DNA of 64,000 nt from Barthelona sp. PCE (taxonomy: Eukaryota), in NCBI GenBank assembly GCA_040285745.1, contig JAUFOR010000001.1, positions 806,001 through 870,000 of the forward strand, given 5' to 3'. The notes under the pieces are model-generated. The model ran no database searches, was not told the origin of the DNA, and worked only from the letters and a program-made list of their open reading frames with translations. Within the stretch, counting starts at the first letter, position 1. The number at the start of each line of letters is the position of its first letter. This document shows positions 43,104-53,834 of the stretch, piece by piece. The translations under genes were made by a program, and so were the position numbers.

Positions 43104-44078
43104 ATGTTGCACGGGGTTAAAAGAGAGCCGTTATCACCTGAAAAGGTACTTGAAATCAAGAATAAGGCAGATATTTACACTGAAATGCTTAACACATTTG
43201 CATCCAAATCGAAATGCCTATCTAAGGATGTTTACGACCTAACAACTAATTTATTGCAGATTCAACCAGAAGTTTATAGCTTCTGGAACTTCAGGAAGAG
43301 GTACTATGAGACCATACAAGATGAGTCAATACTCATTCAAGCATTTTCAGGTGAACTCAAGTTTATTGCTAAATGCCTACGCCAGAGTCCGAAACTATAC
43401 GCTATTTGGTACCAAAGACGCTACATAATTAGCCGATTGCATGATCTATTGCCAAGCACTGAGTTAATGTCAATCATTAAGGAAGACCACAGATTAGTTT
43501 CTCAGTTCTTCAAGTTAGATTCACGTAACTTTCACTGTTGGAATTATTATCATTGGTTGAATGAATTTATTGTTGAAAAAGGTATGGAAACACATTATGA
43601 TTCAATTAGGAGAGAGTGTGATTTTTTGCTGAGTGTGATTGACGCTAACTTCATTAATTTCTCAGCCTGGCACAATCTATTCCGCTTGTTGAGGGAAGAT
43701 GGGAGTTTGGTAAGTACGAAAACGCTACAAGAACTGCTTTTGAATGCTCTTTTTTGTGATATTGAAAGCCAAACAGTACATGAAATATTCTTGCTTTATC
43801 TCGATCTTGTGTTGTGCAAAGAGGGTCAACCCGATGTTTTTACAGCGTTTTCGGAGTTAAAATACAAAATAGACATGGGGGATTGCTTCTTTGAGGATCT
43901 GCTCAATTTATTCGAAATGTGTCATGAGGAGGAAATAGCAGAATTTGGATTGAAGATAATGCTTTACTTCAGCAAAATGAGTATCCGCTATGAACGATTC
44001 GATAAGAAAGTCTTGCTAGAAAACTTCAGAAAAATCAATAAGAGCGGTTATGAAAAATTGCTGTTTACAGATTGTTAA
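43104..44078 (+). CDS. RABGGTA: Rab geranylgeranyltransferase alpha subunit
   Basis: MLHGVKR start; PPTA repeats PEVYSFWNFR, PKLYAIWYQR, DSRNFHCWNY, NFSAWH. Confidence 0.85.
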   Translation: MLHGVKREPLSPEKVLEIKNKADIYTEMLNTFASKSKCLSKDVYDLTTNLLQIQPEVYSFWNFRKRYYETIQDESILIQAFSGELKFIAKCLRQSPKLYAIWYQRRYIISRLHDLLPSTELMSIIKEDHRLVSQFFKLDSRNFHCWNYYHWLNEFIVEKGMETHYDSIRRECDFLLSVIDANFINFSAWHNLFRLLREDGSLVSTKTLQELLLNALFCDIESQTVHEIFLLYLDLVLCKEGQPDVFTAFSELKYKIDMGDCFFEDLLNLFEMCHEEEIAEFGLKIMLYFSKMSIRYERFDKKVLLENFRKINKSGYEKLLFTDC

Positions 44079-44661
44079 TATCCTCCAATGTATTGATATT
44101 GATAAAAGGATCGCTGGGATAGACATCCGTGAGATCCAGGAAGTTCTTGGGAATGCCTTGATTGCCAGTGAAAATACGAATTGTATAACGATTCATTGAT
44201 CGCAAAAATCTACGTAATTTTGAAGGTAATTCAGGGAAAACATTCCAGATACCAAAGGTACAATGTTGTTGATCATTGTACATGGGGAAAACAACAGATG
44301 TCTCGGAAGACTTCAGATCATTATACATCCTTTCAAAGAGATCGTCAGGGAAAACGAAGGAATCACATGGTACAGTAAAAACATAGTCGTATTCGTTAGA
44401 GACAGCGGTGATGAATGCACCGAGGATGCCGCTAAGAGGACCAAAGCTCCTGTAATCACTATCATCAGGAGAAAGCTCATAATCAAGACCATCAATGGGT
44501 TCATTGCGGTTGATGTAGATCTTATCGATCTTCAGTGTCTGTGCTTTAACTCTATCAATGGTGTGTTCGACCATTGTTTTACCTTCATGTTGATATGTAG
44601 CCTTATCAGTGCCGAAGCGCTTAGAACTACCGTTTGCGAGAACAACACATGCAAATTTCAT
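44065..44661 (-). CDS. mobA: Molybdenum cofactor guanylyltransferase MobA-like
   Basis: VLANGSSKRFGTDKA, GPLSGI, TVPCDS, FININTLED. Confidence 0.8.
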   Translation of the reverse strand: MKFACVVLANGSSKRFGTDKATYQHEGKTMVEHTIDRVKAQTLKIDKIYINRNEPIDGLDYELSPDDSDYRSFGPLSGILGAFITAVSNEYDYVFTVPCDSFVFPDDLFERMYNDLKSSETSVVFPMYNDQQHCTFGIWNVFPELPSKLRRFLRSMNRYTIRIFTGNQGIPKNFLDLTDVYPSDPFININTLEDINNL

Positions 44662-44922
44662 TATTAGTTATATGAGACGAACTGGAAAGAGTCGGAAATT
44701 ATGATACATATTTCATTAATTAAAGTCAGCATTCGCTAACTCAAAACGGTTATTTTGTCCCATTTTCACAGTGCACACCTTAATAAATTCGCCAAAAAAA
44801 GACAATAGAAGAGACAAAGGTAACATGTTTTGAAAGCTTCTCTGCCTGACATAATCCGTGTTTAAATACGCATTTACACAAATTTACAACTCATAAAAGC
44901 TTTTTCAAGTAACAAAAAAATT

Positions 44923-45873
44923 TCAACTATCTATCTCCTTCAAATAACTAAAACTGAACCCAGTATATGTCTTGTATGTATCAGTAACCATCGAACTAAT
45001 ATCATTAGGCCTAATCTGTGCTTCCAGACAAATAGCACTATGATCATCAAACCCAGCATCTTGCAAGTAATTCCCTGTATACACCTGTAAACAGGGGTTG
45101 TCTGTTGTCAAGCTCATCTGAATGTTACGCCCCTTGATCGTTGCACTATCTGACGAATCCAAAACAAAACAGTGATCGTAACCCCTCGTTGTTAGTAACT
45201 CCTCACGAGCAGGCGCAATCACCCTCGGCTCCCGAAAATCAAATACTGTTGATTCAACACTGCAAAGCCGATGTGGAAGACAACGTCTATTCAATTTCCA
45301 ATATTCACTAGCATTAATTTCCATCTCCATTTCATTAACTGGGCAGTCCAGACTGAAGTAAATGTGGTTTGTCATTGCAATAGGTGTTGGTTTATCACTA
45401 TTTGCTCTGTATGCTATTCCAAAATTACTTCCTTTGATTGAATACTCCACTTTGGCAACTACCTCGTGCGGAAACCCTCCCTCCATGTGAACTGATATGT
45501 ATTCAAACTCAATAATATGTGGCTTACGTTCCACAACCGTCCAGACACGCTGATCAAACCCAATGGGGCCACTATGTAGATTATTGTTCCTTGATTCCTC
45601 GTTAATAGGGAGGTTATACGTTATTCCATCCAGTTCGAAAGTTCCATCCTCTATTCTGTTCGCTACACGGCCAACAACTGTGTTTAATCTAATACTGCGA
45701 TTTTTCACGTAACTGTCTAGGTCAGGGTAGCTCAAGACAAGGTTTGGAGAGCCGTCAAAGGAGATATACGTGACAATACATCCATAGTTCAATACCTTAG
45801 CAACAATATTCCCACACTGCAGTGTGAACTCAATAACTTCTTGCCCGTCCTCTAAATGCCCAAAAGAGTTCAT
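44923..45873 (-). CDS. galM: Aldose 1-epimerase (galactose mutarotase)
   Basis: GRVANRI, NLHSG, MTNHIYF, GYDHCF, LQVYTGN, ICLEAQ. Confidence 0.92.
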   Translation of the reverse strand: MNSFGHLEDGQEVIEFTLQCGNIVAKVLNYGCIVTYISFDGSPNLVLSYPDLDSYVKNRSIRLNTVVGRVANRIEDGTFELDGITYNLPINEESRNNNLHSGPIGFDQRVWTVVERKPHIIEFEYISVHMEGGFPHEVVAKVEYSIKGSNFGIAYRANSDKPTPIAMTNHIYFSLDCPVNEMEMEINASEYWKLNRRCLPHRLCSVESTVFDFREPRVIAPAREELLTTRGYDHCFVLDSSDSATIKGRNIQMSLTTDNPCLQVYTGNYLQDAGFDDHSAICLEAQIRPNDISSMVTDTYKTYTGFSFSYLKEIDS

Positions 45874-46207
45874 TGTTTCGAATTTAACACTGATTTAATA
45901 TTAATAGAGATTGAAAAATGGAAATCACATTCTTAGGCATCAATTGATGATAATTTATTCAATTATATGGAATATCACAGCATATGTATGCGTGTTTTAT
46001 ACTTACAAAGGCTAAATCAAGCAAGAACGCAAACCGGCAAAACTCAACAAAACAGTACCTCATGATAATTCTGAGACTGGATGCAACATATCCTGTCACA
46101 TGGTGATAGGTTAATTAAAAAGGAAAAACGCAGTATTCAACTGTTTTCCATAAATTCTTCTTTTTCTTTTTGCACATGTTATTTTATGAGGGCTGACAAT
46201 TCTTAAA

Positions 46208-48007
46208 ATGCCTAGATCCAAAACTGTAGTGTCTAAAAACTTCACATTTACATCATTTTGTAACTTAGTTGTTGTTACTGACATAATTAATGAATTTCAA
46301 CAAGAACAACCGCTCAGCATCATAGATAAGCGAAGTGATTTGATCTTACATGGTCCTCCAGTTGATGATTCTCTTCTGAGCGGATATGAGAAATGGAGTA
46401 TGCTAAAACCTTCTTTATTGGATCCATCCATCTTTTACCGCACCATACACATGCCAAGTGGATCTATTCTTGAACTGTTTAAATTCTTTGAGGGATCATT
46501 TGTCTTTTTTAAACGGCTTGAATTATCTTTTTTCTTTTCTGGGTGTTTAATTGATCGTTTATATTTGGTAAATAGGAAAAGAATAGAATATATGAATTCA
46601 CAGATCGAAATATACAACATAGATACTGAGGATTCTGTGTTTTCTGATAATTTTGAAGTCAATCAGATAAATTGTATTGTTCAAGATGGAATTGTTTACG
46701 TTATTGGAGTTAATATGTACTCCTACAAGGCAGTTGCGTTGGTTTCTTTTACAAAAGATGATATACCATTTCTCAGCAAAACTTTTTTTGATATTGTAGC
46801 ACTAGATTGGACACCAGGCAACAATAGGTTTATCCTAAACAATGACAGAACCGTTATATGTGAACGACTTCTGAATTTGCAAAACTGTTCTGAAGTAGCA
46901 AAAGTTTTTGGTGTTTACATTCCACGACCAAGCTTCAAAGATCAATTTCATGATGTTTTTTGCCGGTGTTGGAACTTTATTAGCCTGGATAAAGAGATAT
47001 ACTGCACAGAGTATAATGAATATAGTGGAGATACAATTTTTTATCGTATTTGTAGACGTGATGTCATCAATTGTCTTTTTGTTTTAAGTAATTGCACTGA
47101 TATTTTCTCTCATGTTAGATACCCGATGTCGTTAAAAAGGGTCCCTGTACTGTTTAACTGGTTTAATCAATCCATAATACTTCTGAAACCATCAACAGTT
47201 TTTGATAATGAAGCTTTCATTGCCACCACAAAATTTTATGATATTACTGCTCAAAAATGGTCTATATGTTTTATAATCGAAGCCACTGATGAGTTTAAGC
47301 TGTATGTTAATAATGAAACACCAATATTCCATTTCCCAAACAGAATATTCAAGCACATTTCACTCAATCTCAACCATATCGCTGTCATATATAGCACTTT
47401 TGGGGATAGTTGTGCGGTCATAAACCGTAATTTTGTTGTTGAAAACGTTCAAAAAGTAGAAATTGTAGGTGATCGCGCTTGGCTCATTGAAAACAACAGT
47501 GTTCTCAAAATGTTGATGTTACATCACGAGACTGGTCACGTTACCAACTCAGTAGAGCACATTTTACTCTGGTGTGTGCAGCAAATGATCGTAAATCCGT
47601 ACTGCCAAGACGAGTGTGTTATCACATGCAGCACTGGTTCTCTTTATGTGCGTTTCAACCCTGTTTCCGATTCACTCGATTGTGTTGAAATCAAATGCTG
47701 TGGTGTGGTGTGCTTCATTGACGAAGGCATGCTGCTAAGCGGTTACAAAGCGTATAGATTCTGCAATGAAATCGAAGAATGGGTAATTCCTTCTACCTTT
47801 GTTGAAGGCAAGCGTTTTTCGCCTGAACCAGGTGTAGTGGCTGAGTGCAGGTATATAAAGGGGTTTCAGGGAACATTAAGAACCTTAACCTTTTGCAATC
47901 ATACGTGCAGTTTTAGTGTTACAGAGCGGAACTTAGATGTTGTTAATTTTCTTTCAAAATGTGATGTGTCATTCACATTCTCTTCATTTGGTAAGTTTAA
48001 ATTGTAA
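46208..48007 (+). CDS. Hypothetical beta-rich protein, probably lineage-specific
   Basis: 599-aa ORF, F/I/V/C-rich, AT-rich codons; no recognised motif. Confidence 0.6.
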   Translation: MPRSKTVVSKNFTFTSFCNLVVVTDIINEFQQEQPLSIIDKRSDLILHGPPVDDSLLSGYEKWSMLKPSLLDPSIFYRTIHMPSGSILELFKFFEGSFVFFKRLELSFFFSGCLIDRLYLVNRKRIEYMNSQIEIYNIDTEDSVFSDNFEVNQINCIVQDGIVYVIGVNMYSYKAVALVSFTKDDIPFLSKTFFDIVALDWTPGNNRFILNNDRTVICERLLNLQNCSEVAKVFGVYIPRPSFKDQFHDVFCRCWNFISLDKEIYCTEYNEYSGDTIFYRICRRDVINCLFVLSNCTDIFSHVRYPMSLKRVPVLFNWFNQSIILLKPSTVFDNEAFIATTKFYDITAQKWSICFIIEATDEFKLYVNNETPIFHFPNRIFKHISLNLNHIAVIYSTFGDSCAVINRNFVVENVQKVEIVGDRAWLIENNSVLKMLMLHHETGHVTNSVEHILLWCVQQMIVNPYCQDECVITCSTGSLYVRFNPVSDSLDCVEIKCCGVVCFIDEGMLLSGYKAYRFCNEIEEWVIPSTFVEGKRFSPEPGVVAECRYIKGFQGTLRTLTFCNHTCSFSVTERNLDVVNFLSKCDVSFTFSSFGKFKL

Positions 48008-48593
48008 TTAATAAATGTGTTTTTTCAATTAGACTTAAAAGTAGTATTTTGAATTATGAATGTAAAAAGCACAATTATTGGCTACAAACAATTTTTTTTG
48101 AAGAGAATAACGTTTATTGTAAGTGCAGAAATTATCTCTTCATTTGGAACATTTTTTATTAAATTTATATTACATGACGCTGTTATTCATAACTATATAA
48201 TCAATTATATTAAAAAATATAGATAATACAAATAATATGTAGAGATTTTTTTTTTTTAGTGCAATCAAAAAACATAAGGACAATGTTCAAATTAAGTATA
48301 GTTGATTTTATAATATCATTTTTAATACAAGCAAAATTGAATTAATTACACTCAATGATTTTTGGATTTTATTATGGCTTGTTTGTTCAATTTTATGGAT
48401 TAAATATTAATATAACTAGTGAGTTATGTAATTAAAATCCATGTAATTAGAATATAAGTTGGATAAAAAAAAATTATTGAAAAATTGCTAATTTACGGTT
48501 ATATTTATTGTGTTATTAATTATAAACAGAGTTTTAAGTAAGAAAAACTTCAGTAAAAATAAGCTATTTTGCGTTTAAAAAAAAAAATTTAAT
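48008..48593. other. Very AT-rich non-coding spacer, the longest intergenic region in the window
   Basis: Long A and T homopolymers; no ORF in the track. Confidence 0.7.
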
Positions 48594-49781
48594 CTACAAA
48601 TTCATGGAAATTGTTTCCATTAGAGTACTCCCAACATTGTTATTTTTGCCAATAGCGTCATTAAGTTCAGACATTACTTGGTGCTCTAACCCGTCCATAA
48701 CGTCAAGGACATCGCTTGTATAACGGTAGAAAAATTCCAAGACAGTATCGTTAAAAGGAAGCGTTTTCATGTAATTTAGAAAACAATAGAGTGAAGCAAT
48801 TACAACTTCCTGTTCTGTTGCATCAATTTCACAAATGTAGTTATAGATTTTAGTTGAAATAGTCTCCTCAGCAATGCGGATATCAAGAGTGAAATGATTT
48901 AATGCAGAGAGGATCATTTTTGGATCATCAGGCTCTCCTTTTCTAACAAGAACCTCCCCGAGTAGCACAAATAGTTCATCAAATACATCAATAGTTGCTA
49001 TTGTCTCCAAAAGTCTGTGTAAATCATCAGTGTAAATTTCATCTATGTTGAGAAGGCAGAAAGGCACCAGTTCTTCTTTCACCCAGCCGAAGTCGGAGGG
49101 TGCATCCAGTTCTTGGTTCTTAAACATGTAGTAAAAGGCCCAAGAATACAATGAATTCGAGGGATCTAACTTCCACAATTGCAGAAGGTATTTATAAAGT
49201 GAATGATACATTTCTTTGCAGCAACCATCCGGATAGGACAGTGCAAAGTTTGCAGTGAAAAACCTTACCATCATGTCAGTTAATTCTGTATCGAAGTTGT
49301 TTTTCCTAAACACACAACCGATTACTAACCATCTGAAGAAGGCTTTCATGGGACCTGACGTACCGCTGATAATATTGTTTTCCATAAGTAGTGAAAAAAA
49401 ATTTAGGGTTTCCAGAAAAAGTTCTGGGGTTACTTCAATGTCATACTCGTTTTCAATGAATTTTAAGGAAATTGTTTGGAAAACTGAATCCATGTAGTAT
49501 TTATGGTCTCTTTTAATGTATTCAAATGTCACTGTATGGGCCAAAATCCTAAATATACTAATGAGGCACATGTGAGCTTCAATGTTATCTTTGATAGAAT
49601 CATGATTGAACCAACTGACTAAGCGGTCAATAATGGCAACTTTGTGCACTATCAAGTCAGGATTCCCGATAATTTCAAGTATTCCAAACAAATAATCTGT
49701 TGTTGGTTCACTTATCTCTAATACATCAATCAAAACATCATCTTCCCATTCATGATTATCCAAAGCGACAACAGCAGGCAT
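48594..49781 (-). CDS. Hypothetical helical (ARM/HEAT-like) protein
   Basis: 395-aa ORF with amphipathic-helix pattern; no family recognised. Confidence 0.55.
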   Translation of the reverse strand: MPAVVALDNHEWEDDVLIDVLEISEPTTDYLFGILEIIGNPDLIVHKVAIIDRLVSWFNHDSIKDNIEAHMCLISIFRILAHTVTFEYIKRDHKYYMDSVFQTISLKFIENEYDIEVTPELFLETLNFFSLLMENNIISGTSGPMKAFFRWLVIGCVFRKNNFDTELTDMMVRFFTANFALSYPDGCCKEMYHSLYKYLLQLWKLDPSNSLYSWAFYYMFKNQELDAPSDFGWVKEELVPFCLLNIDEIYTDDLHRLLETIATIDVFDELFVLLGEVLVRKGEPDDPKMILSALNHFTLDIRIAEETISTKIYNYICEIDATEQEVVIASLYCFLNYMKTLPFNDTVLEFFYRYTSDVLDVMDGLEHQVMSELNDAIGKNNNVGSTLMETISMNL

Positions 49782-50225
49782 TGAAATAATCCTTTGAGAT
49801 GCGCAAAGGGTAGAATTTTTTGAAACAAATTCTTCTTTTTCATTTTTGATTTGTTAATGATGTGAAGCGATGTTATTTATATATATATAAATCTGAAGAC
49901 GTTTTATCTCATAATAATTGAACACATTACATGCCTGCATAAAATTATGTGGATGATTTATTTGATTGGCTCATGGACCGATCCATTCCCACAAAGGCAA
50001 AGAGAACTCAGGGGAAGAGCGTATTCAGAACTGTAAGTGATCCTTTAAGCTGTTCTTTTGTTGCAGCGTATGTAGAAGGACCATCACTTATTAATGCAGT
50101 TTGTTCGAGATATAACACATATCACGAGGAATGTACCAAAAAACTAGATGGTTTTAAGGGTTGAACATCATGTTATAGAATTTTTCTTTTTATTTCGAGT
50201 TTTTCATTAAATTTTTAATCCTTAA

Positions 50226-51500
50226 ATGACCGAAGAAAAGAGGGATTTAACAGAAAACACACTGGAAAGTGAAGAAACAGCTGATTTCGTAGTTGATCCG
50301 TGGAAGGTCGAGGGTGAAGTTGATTACGATAAATTAGTGAAGCAGTTCGGATCAGAACTCATCACAGAGGAGATCATTGAGCGTTTAGAGGCACTAACGG
50401 GACGTAAGGCACATCCTTGGATTAGGAGAGGATTATTTTTCAGTCATAGAGATCTGAGCGATATTCTGGACGCATACGAACGCGGAGAGCCCTTTTATTT
50501 ATACACAGGCCGTGGTCCTAGCAGCTCTAGTCTTCACCTGGGTCACATGATTCCGATGCTTATGACACAGTGGTTGCAAGAAGTCTTTAACGTTCCGCTC
50601 ACTACTCAGATCACCGATGACGAGAAGAGTTTCTGGAAGGATTTGACATTAGATGAGTGCACCCATCTTGGAATCGAAAACTCCAAGGATATCATCGCCT
50701 GTGGTTTTGATCCTGAGCGCACTTTCATCTTTTTGAACACTGATTATGTGCCCAAGATGTACAGGATCATTAGGGAGATTAGAATGGCGTCCAGTTATAG
50801 TGATGTAAGGAAGATCTTCGGATTCGACGACGATTATCAGCTGGCTCAGGCTACATTCCCTTCAGTGCAGAGTGCCCCGGCATTCTCTTCCGCCTTCCCT
50901 CTTGTTTTGAGGGACCTGGTGCCCGAAGAGATTCGTGCAAAGGCTGTTGCGTCTAGCAAGAAGAAGAAGAAGAAGAAGAAAAAGAAGAAGAGGAACGCAA
51001 TCGATGTTATCAGACCCGATGATTACGTGCCCATTCGCTGCCTGGTGCCATGTGCTATCGACCAAGATAACTACTTCAGGTATTGTCGAGATGTCGCACC
51101 GAAGCTGAGGGAGATGAAGCCAGCGCTCATACACTCGAAGTTTCTCCCATCTTTGTTTGGTAGGAACACAAAGATGTCCGCGTCCAGCGCCAATACAACA
51201 ATCTGGATGGACACAACGAGGGAACAGCTCGAGGCAACCATTCGAACTCCCATTGATCCAGATGCTTGTCTGGACTACCTCCGATTCTTTGTTGCGGACG
51301 ATGAAGAGCTCGAGGCCGCGCTCGAAATGCCCTTTGAGCAGCAGCTTGATGTCCTTATTGATGAGCTGTGGAAGGTGATTGAGCCAATCCAGGCTCGTCG
51401 CGCTACCGTCACAAATGAGACAGTGCGTGAGTTTATGGTGGAGCGTCCCTTGAAGGGTCCCTTCTCATATGAAGCTAAGGACGAGGAGAAAGCTGAATAA
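50226..51500 (+). CDS. WARS: Tryptophanyl-tRNA synthetase, cytosolic eukaryotic type
   Basis: YLYTGRGPSS..LHLGH, QITDDEK, PCAIDQD.YFR, KMSAS. Confidence 0.95.
   Translation: MTEEKRDLTENTLESEETADFVVDPWKVEGEVDYDKLVKQFGSELITEEIIERLEALTGRKAHPWIRRGLFFSHRDLSDILDAYERGEPFYLYTGRGPSSSSLHLGHMIPMLMTQWLQEVFNVPLTTQITDDEKSFWKDLTLDECTHLGIENSKDIIACGFDPERTFIFLNTDYVPKMYRIIREIRMASSYSDVRKIFGFDDDYQLAQATFPSVQSAPAFSSAFPLVLRDLVPEEIRAKAVASSKKKKKKKKKKKRNAIDVIRPDDYVPIRCLVPCAIDQDNYFRYCRDVAPKLREMKPALIHSKFLPSLFGRNTKMSASSANTTIWMDTTREQLEATIRTPIDPDACLDYLRFFVADDEELEAALEMPFEQQLDVLIDELWKVIEPIQARRATVTNETVREFMVERPLKGPFSYEAKDEEKAE
50958..50990 (+). repeat. (AAG)n trinucleotide repeat encoding 11 Lys within TrpRS
   Basis: aag aag aag... 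with one aaa. Confidence 0.9.
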
Positions 51501-51538
51501 ATTATGTTAGTTAAATTTCCACCATTTCCACAGTGCAT

Positions 51539-52618
51539 ATGGAAGGCATTGATGTTAGCGACTTCAAAGTTGGGCAGACATTTAATTTGGGCAAGAGGGA
51601 ACCTCCAAGAAAGGTACAGAAAGTGCAAGAAGTGATTCCTATTGTTCGCGAGTTTGTGAGTGTTGAAGAGCTGAATCCACCCATCAATAAGGAAACTGCA
51701 GCACTAAAGCTTGATGCTATTATCGCACCCAATCTTGAAGCTGTTTTTTCACAACTAACAAGTGTGAAACCTTTTTGGTCAACTCCCCTACCCAATGTCA
51801 ACAGTACTGTTCACATTCCACAGTGCACTCTTGATGATAAACAGAGTTTAGCTGTCGAGAGTAAGTTTTACAAAACGAAGCGAGAGCGAAAGCGTGAACG
51901 TCGAGAACGTCGTAAAGCTGATCAGTTGCAGCGATTGCGCGAGGAAAGGCTAGGTATACGCCCAAAGAACATGAAAAGGCAGCAAAAACAGACTCGTGGG
52001 TACTTGACGAGTGCGGATATGGTGAATCCGACTTATTTACATTCCAGTGTTGTGGGATCGAAGTTGGAAACAGGCGTAGTCACGAGGAAAGAGATAAGCA
52101 GGACAGCAAAGAAGAAGAAAGCAAAGAAAAAGGTTGCGAAAAAATTTGATAAACGTGAGTTATGTTGCCAAGTTTATCAATTACCCAAGGTACGCATGCA
52201 GAAGATCATCTTTAACATCCAAAAGAAAGCGTTACATAAATGGGTAACTGGGTTTTTGTTGTTGAACAATGGCAAAACATATCCGGATTTTCTGTTCTTA
52301 GAAGGAAGAAAGAAGGACGTAAGGCACATTACCAACTATATAGAGAACCATCTTTCGGATACAACGTCAAAAATAAGCGATGTAGAGCGTGGTGTTTGTC
52401 ATAAAGGTGAGTGGGACTTGAAACGAGTCTTTAGTACTGTACGCAAAAGTCCATCGTTTAAATACAACATGCCGCAGCAGAAGCACAATCGCAGTCGCAA
52501 ATCTAGTGTTGCTGTGCGTTGGTGCGAAAATGATAATTGCACCAGTCAAATAATTCATGGTTTCAACAGATATGACTCAATTCTAATGATGTACAAGCAG
52601 TACTCGGTCAAGAGTTGA
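51539..52618 (+). CDS. PRP3: Divergent U4/U6 snRNP protein PRP3-like
   Basis: KTKRERKRERR.RR.....E.RLG..P and C-terminal VY......FNI...A...VTG......LEG..K resemble PRPF3. Confidence 0.6.
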   Translation: MEGIDVSDFKVGQTFNLGKREPPRKVQKVQEVIPIVREFVSVEELNPPINKETAALKLDAIIAPNLEAVFSQLTSVKPFWSTPLPNVNSTVHIPQCTLDDKQSLAVESKFYKTKRERKRERRERRKADQLQRLREERLGIRPKNMKRQQKQTRGYLTSADMVNPTYLHSSVVGSKLETGVVTRKEISRTAKKKKAKKKVAKKFDKRELCCQVYQLPKVRMQKIIFNIQKKALHKWVTGFLLLNNGKTYPDFLFLEGRKKDVRHITNYIENHLSDTTSKISDVERGVCHKGEWDLKRVFSTVRKSPSFKYNMPQQKHNRSRKSSVAVRWCENDNCTSQIIHGFNRYDSILMMYKQYSVKS

Positions 52619-53450
52619 CCCAGTTCGTTGCGTATCGTTTCAATCTGTTAAAAACATCGGTGATCAAGACTAAAACTCGGCCTTCGCTTGATTTAAGGGA
52701 ATAGTTTATGACCAGGCCTAATACAATAACATACATCGTCATCACAATGGTCACGGACGAGTATTGCATAGAGAAGTCGGGATGTATTGTTTGCAGCGAA
52801 AACGTTGCCGAGAATTTTCTTTTAAATTCGTTATATACGACAAAAAGCTCTCCTGAATCACCCACAGGGAGATATCGCTCACTGGCCTTGAGCAGAGGGA
52901 AGAAATCGTTTGTGAAGACTTTTTTTTTCGAAGAAACAAGGAAATCAGTTTCGTTATAGATAACAGTTGTATGTACTCCATTTCTAATGATGCTTGGCGG
53001 TTTAGCCCGCACTGAGTCGTGTAAAACTTGAAATACAATGCCTTCATGGGAGATTTCAAACAGTAAAACGAGACTTTCTTGATCTAGTAAGAATTGTGGA
53101 AGCATTCGACCAGTCAGACGGAAAACGAGCTGATTAATATCCTGTACACATGAAGTGAAGTCTGGGTCGAAAAGGAAATTAATGTTGCGTGTTTTTATGA
53201 CGGGTTTGGTAGAAAATATGTATAATTCACGTAAATCCCTTGATTCAAACCCTTTGTCAGTTGTGATAAATAGGCCCTGTGGACATCTGTTTGTATCGAA
53301 TGTTGAAATACAACCAAATAGTGGGGGTAAAATTAGTAAGTTAGGATTTGTGTTGAAGTTAAGCTTGAAAGTCGCTTCTGACGGAATAAGATCAAGAGCA
53401 GCGGTGCATGTTAAGGCACAAAATACTACAAAAATAAGAAAAGAGTACAT
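52608..53450 (-). CDS. Short PIG-T/Gpi16-like GPI transamidase subunit (tentative)
   Basis: Signal peptide; PDFSMQYS followed by a TM helix matches the PIG-T PDFSMPYNV-TM signature. Confidence 0.5.
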   Translation of the reverse strand: MYSFLIFVVFCALTCTAALDLIPSEATFKLNFNTNPNLLILPPLFGCISTFDTNRCPQGLFITTDKGFESRDLRELYIFSTKPVIKTRNINFLFDPDFTSCVQDINQLVFRLTGRMLPQFLLDQESLVLLFEISHEGIVFQVLHDSVRAKPPSIIRNGVHTTVIYNETDFLVSSKKKVFTNDFFPLLKASERYLPVGDSGELFVVYNEFKRKFSATFSLQTIHPDFSMQYSSVTIVMTMYVIVLGLVINYSLKSSEGRVLVLITDVFNRLKRYATNWVNS

Positions 53451-53834
53451 ATTTCGGAAAACAGATCATTTAACCTCTAGTCGATAGTATTATTCAATGA
53501 GCATGTTCAATATTCACGGATAGAACAGTTCACAATCGTATCAAGAGTTTTAGTGAGGTAACGCTTAACAGGTTGAATCATTTGGATGTTAGGTATTTTT
53601 GAATGTGATCCTTATGGGTTAACGTTAAAATGTCACCGCTGGAACGTGTTAAACAATCAATAATGCTGCATATGATTATTTTTCTTTTTTTCAGCACGTA
53701 TTAAAAATTTTAAGGTTCTTCAACATGTATTAATTGTGTAATTTGTAGCCAAACTGTCATTCATACATAAGAATCATGTATAATAAACTCAGAGTAGCTC
53801 CTTTTCTTATTTTTACTTCTTTTAACTCTTGCAA

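Noticed and set aside
49949-50164. 71-aa GTG-start ORF upstream of TrpRS
   Set aside because: Short, no motif, preceded by an in-frame stop; cannot distinguish from noise or a decayed fragment.
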